DNA from: an uncultured Verrucomicrobiae bacterium | Lineage (GTDB): Bacteria; Verrucomicrobiota; Verrucomicrobiia; Chthoniobacterales; JAFAMB01 | Assembly: GCA_963762565.1 (NCBI GenBank) | Contig: CAVXLD010000012.1 | Span: 128,001-192,000 of the forward strand | Reading direction: 5' to 3' | Length of the DNA stretch: 64,000 nt | In this document: one piece after another, positions 10,209-19,417 of the stretch | Layout of the letters: every line of letters begins with the position of its first letter | Position numbering within the stretch: position 1 is the first letter of the stretch | Translations under genes and position numbers: made by a program | The notes under the pieces: model-generated | Told to the model about the DNA's origin: nothing | Database searches by the model: none | Seen by the model: the letters and a program-made list of their open reading frames with translations, nothing else

Positions 10209-10415
10209 TGGAGGGGAGCCGCTTTGTAGCTTGGCCAAGCTCTATCGGTTGCTAGCAGGCGGCTCCCGGAAACGGTCCCTGATGCGTTTGTTCTATCAAC
10301 TCTGCAAGCCCATTTCCGAAAGGCCGAGCGGTAATGGAATACACTGGGTTCTTCCCGGGAGCCGCTTGCTGCCACCTCATAGAGCTTGGCCATCCTATAA
10401 AGCGGCTCCCCTCCA
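10209..10415. repeat. family C REPIN-like inverted repeat with 30-nt loop inserts
   Basis: TGGAGGGGAGCCGCTTT[30]CAGGCGGCTCCC ... GGGAGCCGCTTG[30]AAAGCGGCTCCCCTCCA; second member at 55004. Confidence 0.8.
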
Positions 10416-10482
10416 GCGCCCCAGAGCAATTCCAGACGCTAGAACAAAAAACCGATTTCGACGACGGGAACGATTATGACAC

Positions 10483-10520
10483 AAGAAAAGAACGGCCAAA
10501 CGTGTCTCATTTGGCCGTTC
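10483..10520 (-). terminator. intrinsic terminator
   Basis: Minus strand: GAACGGCCAAA-9nt-TTTGGCCGTTC followed by TTTTCTT. Confidence 0.7.
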
Positions 10521-10539
10521 GCACATTTTGCGAGCACTT

Positions 10540-10675
10540 GGTCAGGATGAACGGCCGGCCCGGTTTCCCGGCGCTCCATCTTGCGACGGGTCACTAGAAA
10601 TCCGACCTTGACGTTGCCCTTCGTGAAACGCCCATCCCTCTTTCAAGAGCGGTAGCAAAACGAGTCTCTCGACTA
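10540..10675 (-). ncRNA. candidate structured RNA of unknown family
   Basis: Minus strand has several GNRA-capped hairpins (AGUC-GAGA-GACU, CCGUC-GCAA-GAUGG, CCGG-GAAA-CCGG) and a closing helix GGGAUGGGCG/CGUUCAUCCU, just before a terminator. Confidence 0.4.
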
Positions 10676-10703
10676 GGACAGCAGTAAAACGGTCAGAGCC
10701 GCT

Positions 10704-13700
10704 TTAAGCAAGCGCGGGTTCCAGTTTTCTTTCCGTCTCGGGCTCAATCTCGCCACGCCGTTGGCGGTCTTTGGTATGGTCTTTAGCCAGTACCAGGTAG
10801 AACGACGGCACTACGAATAGTGTGAAGCAAGTTCCGATGATCATGCCAGTGACAAGCACCCAACCGATACTATTTCGAGCCGCCGCACCGGGTCCGGTGA
10901 CCAGAATCAGCGGAAAGTGACCTGCCACTGTCGCTACCGAGGTCATAAGGACCGGCCGCAAGCGGGTGCCTGCGGCTTCCAGAATCGCGCTAAACTTATC
11001 TAATCCTTGTTCCTGTAACCGGTTTGCCCACTCTACGATCAAGATTCCGTTCTTAGAAACTAGCCCAGTCAGCGTGATCAGGCCGACTTGGCTATAAATG
11101 TTGATCGACGTGTTACCAAGAAAACAGAAAGTAAGCGCTCCAACCAAAGCTAGAGGTACTGATCCGATTAGAATAATAAACGGGTCCCGGAAGCTTTCGA
11201 ACTGCGCTGCTAACACGAGATAAATGACGACCAGGGACAAGATCATCGTTGGAACAAACGCATTTCCTTCCACTCGAAGTTGGCGCGACGACCCTTTGTA
11301 ATCGATCGAATAGCCGCGAGGTAGAATCTTGGCGGCTTCGTCTTCCAAGAACTTGAGACCTTCATCCGCCGTAGCCGGCGGCCGGATAACCCCGCTGATG
11401 GTCACGGAGTTCAGCTGCTGCATGTGGTTCAAGGTCTCGGGTTGGACCTCTCGTTTTAAACTGGCAAACGTTCCAAGTTGGACTGGCGTATTGTTTGGCC
11501 CGCTCACGTAGAGCTTAGTTAGGTCCTCCGGAGTCAGTCGCTGAGTCCGCTGTACCTCCGGAATTACTTGATAGCTTCGCCCCTGAATATCGAAATAGTT
11601 TATGTAGCCTGCGCTTAAAAGCGTAGTCAGATCACCGCCAACCTGTTGCAGGTTTAGGCCCATCGCAGCAACCTTGTCGCGATCAAATACGATCCGGGTC
11701 TGGGGCTGATCGTATTTCATGTCGGAATCAGCAAAATAGAATTTCCCGCTTTTGTTGGCTGCAACCAATAGCTGGTTCGACAGCTCAAACATCTCCAACG
11801 GTTCCGCTACAGAATTGATAACAAACTCGACGTCATAGTTATCGCCTCCGGGCAGAGGTGATGGGGTGAGCGCAATAACTCGCACCCCAGCGACGGTGGC
11901 TAGCTTTTTACTCACATCTCCCAGGACTTGTTGCATGGTGCGTTTACGCTCGCTCCATGGTTTGGCCACCATTCCGGAGAAACCGGGACCGGGGACCGGA
12001 GTGACCTGAAAAGTCTGCGCCGTCTCAGGCTCACTCTTATAGATGTCGTTCATCTCCTTTGCGAAAAGCATCGTCTGCTCGAGCGTTGCTTCCGGCGCCG
12101 ACTGTACGATACCGAAGATAACACCCTGATCTTCATTGGGTGCTAGTTCATGCTTCGACATGTTCCAGAAAAAGTATAGAAGCACCCACAGAACCATCGA
12201 AGAACACAGGACAACCCATCTCACGCGCAAAGTAGTAAAAAGAAGTCTCTGATAGCCTTTGCGGAGCGAATCAAACCGTTTACTAATCCATCCTGCCAAG
12301 CCCCTCTCACTCGCACCTGGCTTCAGCAGCTTCGATGACATCATTGGTGAGAGGGTTAACGCGACCACACCGGACACCACGACTGCTCCTGCGAGAGTGA
12401 ATGCGAACTCGCGGAAGAGTGCACCGGTTAGTCCACCCTGAATCCCGATAGGCGCGTACACTGCAGCCAAGGTGAGGGTCATCGCGATAATCGGCCCGAA
12501 GAGCTCGCGTGCCCCTTTTATAGCAGCTTCGTATGGCGAGAGCCCTTCGTGGATATGCCGTTCCACGTTCTCGACAACGACAATCGCGTCGTCGACCACC
12601 AAACCCACTGCCAGGACAATCGCCAGCAAGGTCAGCAGGTTCAGCGTGAAACCGAAAATCAGCATCAGGAACATGGCCCCGATCAACGAAAGAGGAATGG
12701 CGACGATAGGGATCAGTACCGCTCGGAGCGAGCCCATGAACAGACAGATCACAACCATCACTATCAGGATCGTCTCAACCAGGGTCTCCGTTACATCGTG
12801 GATGGCGCTGGCGATGTAGTCGGTCGAATCGTACGGGATATCCAGCTTCATGCCGACCGGGAGCTCTTTTTGGATCTCCGGAAGCGCTGCGCGTACGGTC
12901 TTGATAACGTCAAGGGCGTTCGCGGTCGGGAGCACGTAGATGCCCATGAAGGTGGCGGTATTTCCCGAGAAGCGAACGTCCGTGTCGTAGTTCGAGGCGC
13001 CCAGTTCCACCTTCGCGATGTCTTTTAGACGCACGATGGCGCCGTTGTTCTGCTTAACGGCAAGCTCTTGGAATTCCTGCGGACTTTGCAGGTTTGTGTT
13101 CGATACCAGGTTGACTGCGGTCATGGCGCCCTTGGTTTGACCTGGGGCCGCCAGATAGTTATTCGACTGGAGAACGTTCTGCACGTCAGTGGGCGACACG
13201 TTCAAGGCGGCCATTTTTTCAGTGTCGAGCCAAACCCGCATTGCAAAGACACGCCCACCCAGAATTTCGGCCTGCTGAACCCCTGAAATTGCGGCCAGCT
13301 TTGGTTGAACAACCCGAGTCAGGTAATCGGTGATCTGATTGCGGTCGAGATCCGTTGAGTAAAAGCTGAGATACATCGAGGCAAATCGAGTATCGACCGA
13401 GGTGATCGCGATAACCGGTATCTGCGACGCGGGCGGCAGCTGATTCCGAACCTGGTTAACCTTGGTTTGCACCTGGGTCATGGCCGCATTCGGGTCGTAG
13501 TTCAGCTTTAAATGAACGGAAATCGTGCTCGTGCCTTGGACACTCTGCGACTCCATATAATCGATCCCATCAGCACTGGCGATCGACTGTTCGAGAGGCG
13601 TGGTAATAAAGCCGCGGACCAATTCAGCGTCCGCACCGTAGTACGTAGTCGTGACCGTTATGACCGATATATCCGTCTTCGGATACTGGCGCACGTTGAT

Positions 13701-13793
13701 ACTGCGCATCGCCTGATAACCGGCGAGCAGGATCAGCAGGTTGATGACGGTCGCTACAACCGGTCGTTTGATGAAGAGGTCCGTAAATTTCAT
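10704..13793 (-). CDS. RND efflux transporter permease (AcrB/AcrD/AcrF family)
   Basis: 1029 aa; MKFTDLFIKRPV, GLVVDDAIVVVEN, KNGILIVE and RLRPVLMT motifs. Confidence 0.95.
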   Translation of the reverse strand: MKFTDLFIKRPVVATVINLLILLAGYQAMRSINVRQYPKTDISVITVTTTYYGADAELVRGFITTPLEQSIASADGIDYMESQSVQGTSTISVHLKLNYDPNAAMTQVQTKVNQVRNQLPPASQIPVIAITSVDTRFASMYLSFYSTDLDRNQITDYLTRVVQPKLAAISGVQQAEILGGRVFAMRVWLDTEKMAALNVSPTDVQNVLQSNNYLAAPGQTKGAMTAVNLVSNTNLQSPQEFQELAVKQNNGAIVRLKDIAKVELGASNYDTDVRFSGNTATFMGIYVLPTANALDVIKTVRAALPEIQKELPVGMKLDIPYDSTDYIASAIHDVTETLVETILIVMVVICLFMGSLRAVLIPIVAIPLSLIGAMFLMLIFGFTLNLLTLLAIVLAVGLVVDDAIVVVENVERHIHEGLSPYEAAIKGARELFGPIIAMTLTLAAVYAPIGIQGGLTGALFREFAFTLAGAVVVSGVVALTLSPMMSSKLLKPGASERGLAGWISKRFDSLRKGYQRLLFTTLRVRWVVLCSSMVLWVLLYFFWNMSKHELAPNEDQGVIFGIVQSAPEATLEQTMLFAKEMNDIYKSEPETAQTFQVTPVPGPGFSGMVAKPWSERKRTMQQVLGDVSKKLATVAGVRVIALTPSPLPGGDNYDVEFVINSVAEPLEMFELSNQLLVAANKSGKFYFADSDMKYDQPQTRIVFDRDKVAAMGLNLQQVGGDLTTLLSAGYINYFDIQGRSYQVIPEVQRTQRLTPEDLTKLYVSGPNNTPVQLGTFASLKREVQPETLNHMQQLNSVTISGVIRPPATADEGLKFLEDEAAKILPRGYSIDYKGSSRQLRVEGNAFVPTMILSLVVIYLVLAAQFESFRDPFIILIGSVPLALVGALTFCFLGNTSINIYSQVGLITLTGLVSKNGILIVEWANRLQEQGLDKFSAILEAAGTRLRPVLMTSVATVAGHFPLILVTGPGAAARNSIGWVLVTGMIIGTCFTLFVVPSFYLVLAKDHTKDRQRRGEIEPETERKLEPALA

Positions 13794-13810
13794 CCTACCG
13801 CTCCTGGTTA

Positions 13811-15028
13811 TCAGCTATTCGCCGGTGTTGGTGATGCCTCACTATCGGGCTGTACCTTATTATTGATCAGGACAGGTGCCCCGCTTCTTAGACGGAATAC
13901 TCCTGAGGTCACAACCTCGTCACCCGGCTTCACCCCTGAGGTAACCGAAACCAGGTCGCCGCGTGCTGACCCGAGTTTGACGAATTGCTCCTTTACACTC
14001 TTGATCGGTTTGCCATTTTCGTCTTTATCGTCGGTCACAAGAAAGACCGAATCACCGTACGGCGCGTAATGCACCGAGGAAACCGGCAACGCGATAACCT
14101 TTTCGCGTTCGGGCATGATCACGCTAACTTTTCCAAACATGCCGGGTCGCAATTTCTGCTCACCGTTTGGTAGGGTGGCCTGCACCTGTACGTTTCGGGT
14201 CGCTTGATCTACCAGCGCGTTAATGGCTGTGATCTTACCCGTAAAAGCGCTGTCGCCGTACGCATCCAACCGTAAGTTGACATCCTGACCGCAGGCTAAC
14301 TTGCTGACGTCTTGCTGGGGCAACGTGAAGTTCACATAAATCGGGTCAAAGGATTGCAATGTGACGACGGCATCACCCGTGTTCAGATATTGGCCAAGAT
14401 TCACTTGGCGGATACCGACCATACCATCAAAAGGCGCGCGCAACGTCTTTCGCGCGATCAGCGCTTTATATTGGTCAACCGTTGCCTGCATTTGCCCATG
14501 AGTCGCTTCGGCCGTGTCATAGTCTTGCTGTGAGATGGTCCGCTTAGCGAGCAGATCCCGATCGCGGGCCAAAGTCAGCTGCGCAAGGGTCAGTTGGGCC
14601 TGCGCTTGTTCGAGTTGGGCTTGTTCTTGGTCGGTATTGAGATGGACCAATAAGTCGCCGGCTTTCACCAGCGTGCCGGAGGTGAAGGCAATCTTATCCA
14701 CTATCCCGGCTAGGTCCGTGCTGACGGTGACACCGTTTATCGCGGTTACGTTGCCAATCGTATCCAGGGTGGGTTGCCACTCCGACTGTGAGGCAATCGT
14801 TGTAGTTACTGCAGTCGGGGGTTGTTTGAACATGCCTGCTTTGGCCATGGCCATGAAACCCATGATCTGGGTGACCTTGAAATAACCGAGCACTCCAATG
14901 ATCGCGACCAAAAGCACAATCGCAATCAGAATGGCTCGGATGTAGGGTGGTCGCCGTTTCTTTGGCGCCGAAACAGTCTTTGACGGGGCACTCTTCGTTG
15001 AAGGCGCGGACGAAGTCGCGGGGGTCAT
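13811..15028 (-). CDS. RND efflux periplasmic adaptor (MFP)
   Basis: N-terminal TM helix, lipoyl/coiled-coil segments, LRAPFDG and LRPGMF. Confidence 0.93.
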   Translation of the reverse strand: MTPATSSAPSTKSAPSKTVSAPKKRRPPYIRAILIAIVLLVAIIGVLGYFKVTQIMGFMAMAKAGMFKQPPTAVTTTIASQSEWQPTLDTIGNVTAINGVTVSTDLAGIVDKIAFTSGTLVKAGDLLVHLNTDQEQAQLEQAQAQLTLAQLTLARDRDLLAKRTISQQDYDTAEATHGQMQATVDQYKALIARKTLRAPFDGMVGIRQVNLGQYLNTGDAVVTLQSFDPIYVNFTLPQQDVSKLACGQDVNLRLDAYGDSAFTGKITAINALVDQATRNVQVQATLPNGEQKLRPGMFGKVSVIMPEREKVIALPVSSVHYAPYGDSVFLVTDDKDENGKPIKSVKEQFVKLGSARGDLVSVTSGVKPGDEVVTSGVFRLRSGAPVLINNKVQPDSEASPTPANS

Positions 15029-15049
15029 CGGGGATCTCCTTATCGTTAT

Positions 15050-15598
15050 TTAAGCGGCAGTATTTGCCAGAGCCGGTAAACGCTCCGCCAACTCGGCGAG
15101 GCGTAGTTGGATTTTTTGTAGGATATTAACGAGCTGCAGACGCTCTTCCTGGCTTAAAGGTGCGATGATGCTGGTGAACCACTCGCAATAGGGCGATCGA
15201 ACCCGATCGAGCAGTTGTTCACCGCCTTTTGTCAAGTAAAGGCGGGTTAACCGTCTATCTTGCGGATCGGGTTTGCGCTCAACCAGGCCATCCTTCTCCA
15301 AACCGTCCAGCAAACCTGAGATGGTCGCCCGCGTCACTCCGGTCTTACCGGCAAGATCAGCCGGCGTAATTTCGCCGGGTCCGTGTTTATCTAAAAGCAT
15401 CAACAGCACGAACCGGCCGTGGCGCGTACCAAGTGCCGCTAGGATGGCTTCATCGAGAGCCAGTAATTCGTCTCCGGTGCGCAAGAGCTGCAGAAAAACG
15501 TAACAGGCGGACGCATCGAGCTCGGGGAACCGTTTGCTGTCCTCGAGGAAAACCTCGTATTTTGGCAGCGATTTCAACAGAGTAGCGGGCTCCCTCAT
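15050..15598 (-). CDS. MarR family transcriptional regulator
   Basis: DLA..TGVTRATISGLLDGLEKDGLVER.PDPQDRR winged HTH; start taken at MREPAT, downstream of the promoter. Confidence 0.9.
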   Translation of the reverse strand: MREPATLLKSLPKYEVFLEDSKRFPELDASACYVFLQLLRTGDELLALDEAILAALGTRHGRFVLLMLLDKHGPGEITPADLAGKTGVTRATISGLLDGLEKDGLVERKPDPQDRRLTRLYLTKGGEQLLDRVRSPYCEWFTSIIAPLSQEERLQLVNILQKIQLRLAELAERLPALANTAA

Positions 15599-15600
15599 AA

Positions 15601-15640
15601 AGTTAGCGTACCTAATTATTAGGTTCCTAACTATTGTCAA
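15601..15640 (-). promoter_or_regulatory. sigma70-like promoter overlapped by a palindromic MarR operator
   Basis: Minus strand TTGACA-16nt-TAATTA with the inverted repeat AGTTAGGAACCTAATA/ATTAGGTACGCTAACT immediately upstream of the ATG. Confidence 0.6.
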
Positions 15641-15777
15641 GGGCGGCTTTTTGCAAGCACTTGCTTTCAAATTACAACAGGGCGGTCGGCGCCCTGGAGC
15701 GCTGCCTCGCTTGCGAGGCCGTTGTTGGCCAGGGCAGAGAACGTTCACGGTCCGTAACGGCGCACACCCGCCTCAAT

Positions 15778-16258
15778 GGGGCTTTCGCATGCTCAGGCTC
15801 TCAAACACAAGGGAGGGATCACGTCCTCGCGATCCTCTCGTGAGCCAAACCCAGCGTGTTCGGATGTCGGGGACGGAAATACGCCCGGAGACCTGGTGCG
15901 TTTTCTCACGGCGCGCGAGGACGCGCGCCCTCCCGCGACAGGGGCTTTCGCACGCTCAAGGTCTCAAACACAAGGGAGGGATCGCTTCCTCGCGATCCGT
16001 GCGTCACCGAAGCCCGCCGTGTTCGGATGTCGGGGACGGAAATACGCCCGGAGACCTGGTGCGTTTCTCACGGCGCGCGAGGACGCGCGCCCTCCCGTAA
16101 TGGGCCTTTTCGCATGCCCAAGGTCTCAAACACAAGGGAGGGATCGCGTCCTCGCGATCCGTTCGTCACCGCAGCCCGCCGCGTTGGGATGCCGGGGATG
16201 GAAATACGCCTGCAGACCTGGTGCTTTTCTCACGGCGCGCGAGGACGCGCGCCCTCCC
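15778..16258 (+). repeat. three tandem ~162-bp units, each carrying a family A REPIN-like element
   Basis: GGGAGGGATCGCGTCCTCGCGATCC...GGCGCGCGAGGACGCGCGCCCTCCC begins at 15811, 15974 and 16136; interiors similar. Confidence 0.9.
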
Positions 16259-16277
16259 TTGGCTCTCGCCTCGCGTA

Positions 16278-18155
16278 TCACACCACATTCTCGGACCGGT
16301 TGAGGCCGAACTGTTTTTCTAGAAAGATAGTAACGAGAGCGATATCTGCCGGTGTAATCCCACTGATGCGTCCGGCTTGACCCAAGGTAGCAGGGCGGAT
16401 CTTCAAAAGCTTTTGGCGCGCTTCCGCCCTCAGCCCAGCGATCTGGCCATAGTCCAGCTCGGCTGGAAGAAATCGCGACTCTGCCCGATGCGCCTTCGCG
16501 ATGGCGCCTTCTTGTCTTCGGATATAGCCCTCATATTTAGCGTCGGTCTCCACCTGCTCCCAAATCTGGCGGCCGTACCTGGCGATCAAATCGACAGGGA
16601 TATCGTAACAGTCGAATTCAGGACGCCTGAGCAGTTGATCCAGGCGTTGGCCATCCAAGCGAACTGAGGCTGCCTCCCGTTTTGCAGCATCGATCTGCTC
16701 TTGCTTGGCTTCGACTTGTTTCCTTCGCTCGTCCGAGATCAGACCGGCATCATAACCTTTCCGGGTCAGTCTGAGGTCGGCGTTATCCTGGCGAAGCAAC
16801 AAACGGTATTCAGCCCGGCTGGTGAACATCCGGTAAGGTTCCTGAGTTCCTTTTGTCACTAGATCATCGATCAAGACACCGATGTAGGCCTCTTCCCGTC
16901 CAAGGATAAATTCCTTTTTCCCTTGGAGCCGCAACGCCGCGTTGGTACCGGCAATTAGCCCCTGGGCGGCCGCTTCCTCATATCCCGACGTCCCGTTAAT
17001 TTGACCGGCGAAAAAGAGCCCAGGTATCGACTTGGTTTCCAAAGTGACGCGGAGCTGAGTTGGAGGACAAAAATCGTATTCCACCGCGTAACCGGGTCGG
17101 ATGATTTCCGCATTCTCTAATCCAGGAATGGTCCGGATGAAGGCATACTGCACCTCAAACGGAAGGCTGGTGGAGACACCGTTCACATAATATTCATGGG
17201 TTTGCCGGCCTTCGGGTTCGAGAAACAACTGATGGCGTTCCTTCTCGGCAAAACGGACTACTTTGTCTTCGATCGAGGGACAGTAGCGAGGACCGACTCC
17301 CTCGATTTTCCCGGAATACATCGGCGACTTATCAAGATTGCCCCGAATAATGTCATGGGTTTTGTTGGTTGTGGCGGTGATCCAGCACGGAATTTGTTCC
17401 ACGTGGAACATGCCATCTACGCCTCGATTCAACGTAAACGGCGGGCCGCCTCGGACCTCGCCCTCTGTGTAAGAGAATCGAGGCGGCGGTTCATCGCCAT
17501 CTTGGCGCTCGCATTGACTGAAGTCGATCGACCGTCCATTGAGCCGGCACGGCGTCCCGGTTTTGAACCGGCCCACTTCAAACCCGAGCGCCCTTAAATC
17601 ATCACTTAATGTCGAGGGAGCGTCACCCATGCGTCCACCCGCTACATTCTGTAATCCGACGTGTAACAACCCTCGCATAAATGTCCCGGTCGTCACCACC
17701 ACGCTCTTTGCTTTCAAGCGAAGGCCAAGATTGGTCTCTACACCGCACGCTCCGTCTCCATCCACCAAAATCTTCGCCACGTTGCCTTGCAAAAGTGCCA
17801 GCCGGGGAGTCGACTCCAGGACCTCTTTCATCCGGAATTGATAAGCTTTCTTGTCCGATTGCGCCCGGGGCGCCCTTACACTTGGGCCCTTGTTCGCATT
17901 CAACATCCTGAACTGGATACCGGTCGCGTCTGTATTTTCGCCCATCAAACCACCCAGAGCGTCGATCTCTCGAACCATGTGACCTTTGGCTAGTCCGCCC
18001 ACGGCCGGGTTACACGACATCTGCCCGATCGTATCCAGGTTCTGTGTTAATAGGAGGGTGTCGCAACCCAAGCGAGAAGCAGCAGCCGCGGCTTCAATAC
18101 CCGCGTGTCCACCACCGATGACCACGACATCAAATTCCTGAGGATACAACCACAT
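16278..18155 (-). CDS. mnmG: tRNA uridine-5-carboxymethylaminomethyl(34) synthesis enzyme MnmG (GidA)
   Basis: GGGHAGIEAA, MSCNPAVGG, GPRYCPSIEDK, GQINGTSGYEEAAAQG and PYRMFTSRAEYRL. Confidence 0.97.
   Translation of the reverse strand: MWLYPQEFDVVVIGGGHAGIEAAAAASRLGCDTLLLTQNLDTIGQMSCNPAVGGLAKGHMVREIDALGGLMGENTDATGIQFRMLNANKGPSVRAPRAQSDKKAYQFRMKEVLESTPRLALLQGNVAKILVDGDGACGVETNLGLRLKAKSVVVTTGTFMRGLLHVGLQNVAGGRMGDAPSTLSDDLRALGFEVGRFKTGTPCRLNGRSIDFSQCERQDGDEPPPRFSYTEGEVRGGPPFTLNRGVDGMFHVEQIPCWITATTNKTHDIIRGNLDKSPMYSGKIEGVGPRYCPSIEDKVVRFAEKERHQLFLEPEGRQTHEYYVNGVSTSLPFEVQYAFIRTIPGLENAEIIRPGYAVEYDFCPPTQLRVTLETKSIPGLFFAGQINGTSGYEEAAAQGLIAGTNAALRLQGKKEFILGREEAYIGVLIDDLVTKGTQEPYRMFTSRAEYRLLLRQDNADLRLTRKGYDAGLISDERRKQVEAKQEQIDAAKREAASVRLDGQRLDQLLRRPEFDCYDIPVDLIARYGRQIWEQVETDAKYEGYIRRQEGAIAKAHRAESRFLPAELDYGQIAGLRAEARQKLLKIRPATLGQAGRISGITPADIALVTIFLEKQFGLNRSENVV
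17395..17410. promoter_or_regulatory. parS centromere-like site (inside mnmG)
   Basis: Perfect palindrome TGTTCCACGTGGAACA matching the parS consensus TGTTNCACGTGNAACA. Confidence 0.8.
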
Positions 18156-18197
18156 GAGGTCGCTATCTTGCGCCTTTTTTCAGGGAGGCGCAAATGA

Positions 18198-18303
18198 GGG
18201 AGGGATCGGTCCACGCGATCCGGTCCTATTCTCGCCATCGGGGATGGAAACACGCCTAAGGGTCCGGAACGCCTTCGCGGCGCGCGGGGACGCGCGCCCT
18301 CCC
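18198..18303 (+). repeat. family A REPIN-like element
   Basis: GGGAGGGATCGGTCCACGCGATCC...GGCGCGCGGGGACGCGCGCCCTCCC. Confidence 0.8.
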
Positions 18304-18318
18304 GTGGCTCCTCACCTA

Positions 18319-18334
18319 TGTTCCACGTGGAACA
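18319..18334. promoter_or_regulatory. parS centromere-like site
   Basis: Second identical TGTTCCACGTGGAACA, upstream of mnmG. Confidence 0.8.
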
Positions 18335-18484
18335 TTCACCCCATCGTATCCCGTCTGCAGACCTAATCGCACCCCCGAAGCAGCCTTCTACACCATTTTT
18401 CGCGCCACTTCTCTCGTTCTTCCTCACCTTTCACGTGACAACCGACCGACTTTCCGGCAAAGTCTCCTCACGTGCTCGCCCACC

Positions 18485-18793
18485 ATGGCTAAGTCCCTCG
18501 ATGTCTCCCCTGCTAAGTCCTTCGCCGAAGAAGTCGAGATTCTCCGGAAGTCCTTCCGTGCTTGCCTCGATGTTTACGCGACTCGGGTGGAAGCTGAACT
18601 CGGGCATATCAAAGAGGCGGCTCTCGCTAAAACCGGGTCCGCGCACCTCTCCCAAAACACCATCCGCGACCTCCGCGACATGATTACCCTTTGTCGCACG
18701 CTCGATATCAAACCCGAAAAAGGCCGCCGCAAAGATCTGAAGAAAATCGACAGCCTTGTCGATGAGCTCAATTTAATGGTCGAGAATTGGTGA
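18485..18793 (+). CDS. hypothetical protein (small, helical, charged)
   Basis: 102-aa ORF with protein-like composition, divergent from mnmG. Confidence 0.6.
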   Translation: MAKSLDVSPAKSFAEEVEILRKSFRACLDVYATRVEAELGHIKEAALAKTGSAHLSQNTIRDLRDMITLCRTLDIKPEKGRRKDLKKIDSLVDELNLMVENW

Positions 18794-18909
18794 GGGCCCG
18801 TTTCCGCCCCGGGATGGCGTGCGTCCGCCGACCCCGACGTATTTCCCGCCCGCATTGACACACGCACACGGCCCTGCGAACAACGGATCGCGGGGACGCG
18901 CTCCCTCCC
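18792..18909 (-). repeat. family A element, reverse orientation, with a variant second arm
   Basis: Reverse complement reads GGGAGGGAGCGCGTCCCCGCGATCCGTTGTTCGC...GGAAATACG... Confidence 0.65.
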
Positions 18910-19417
18910 AACATCAGGGGCATGCGTTCAATTCTCGAAACACATCAACCCGCGCCACGGGCTCAAATCCGGCGCGATTTGATTTCGAGATGTGGCGGAC
19001 GCCCGCCTCGCCGAGATTTTCGCCCTACCGACCCTCGGCTGGCCTCCCACGCCCCTCCTAGCTCCTAGATTCTAGCTCCTAGCTCCTTCCCCTAACACCT
19101 TTCCTAACCGTTACACCTCGCTTTGCGGTTTGATTTTTTGATTCACGTTGATTTCGTTACTTGGTTGTCTATCTATTTCGCCGTTATGCTGCCCGCCCTG
19201 ATCTTAACTTTAGTCGCTCCGCTTTACCGGCTGCTTTTTCTGCGGGCGGGCGCACCCTTTGATTGGGCCAATCTCTCACCCCCAGCCTTTTCCTTCGCAA
19301 TAGCCTTATCAGCGACCTGCTCTTTACTTCTTTCTTTCTGCTTACTCCAGCCTTTCTCCGGCTACACCACGCGTCGTCGGATCTCCCCGGACATCCTACC
19401 CATCCCACTCTTTAAGT

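Noticed and set aside
15778..16258. CRISPR array
   Set aside because: Period is about 162 bp, the intervening sequences are homologous to each other, and no cas genes are present.
15534..16380. Several 170-190 aa ORFs, and the N-terminal extension of the MarR ORF to 15748
   Set aside because: They translate GC-rich repeats (AREDARPP, HGARGRAPS) or cross the promoter; not protein-like.
18427..18442. Third parS site
   Set aside because: About five mismatches to the consensus; only the TTTCACGTGA core is retained.
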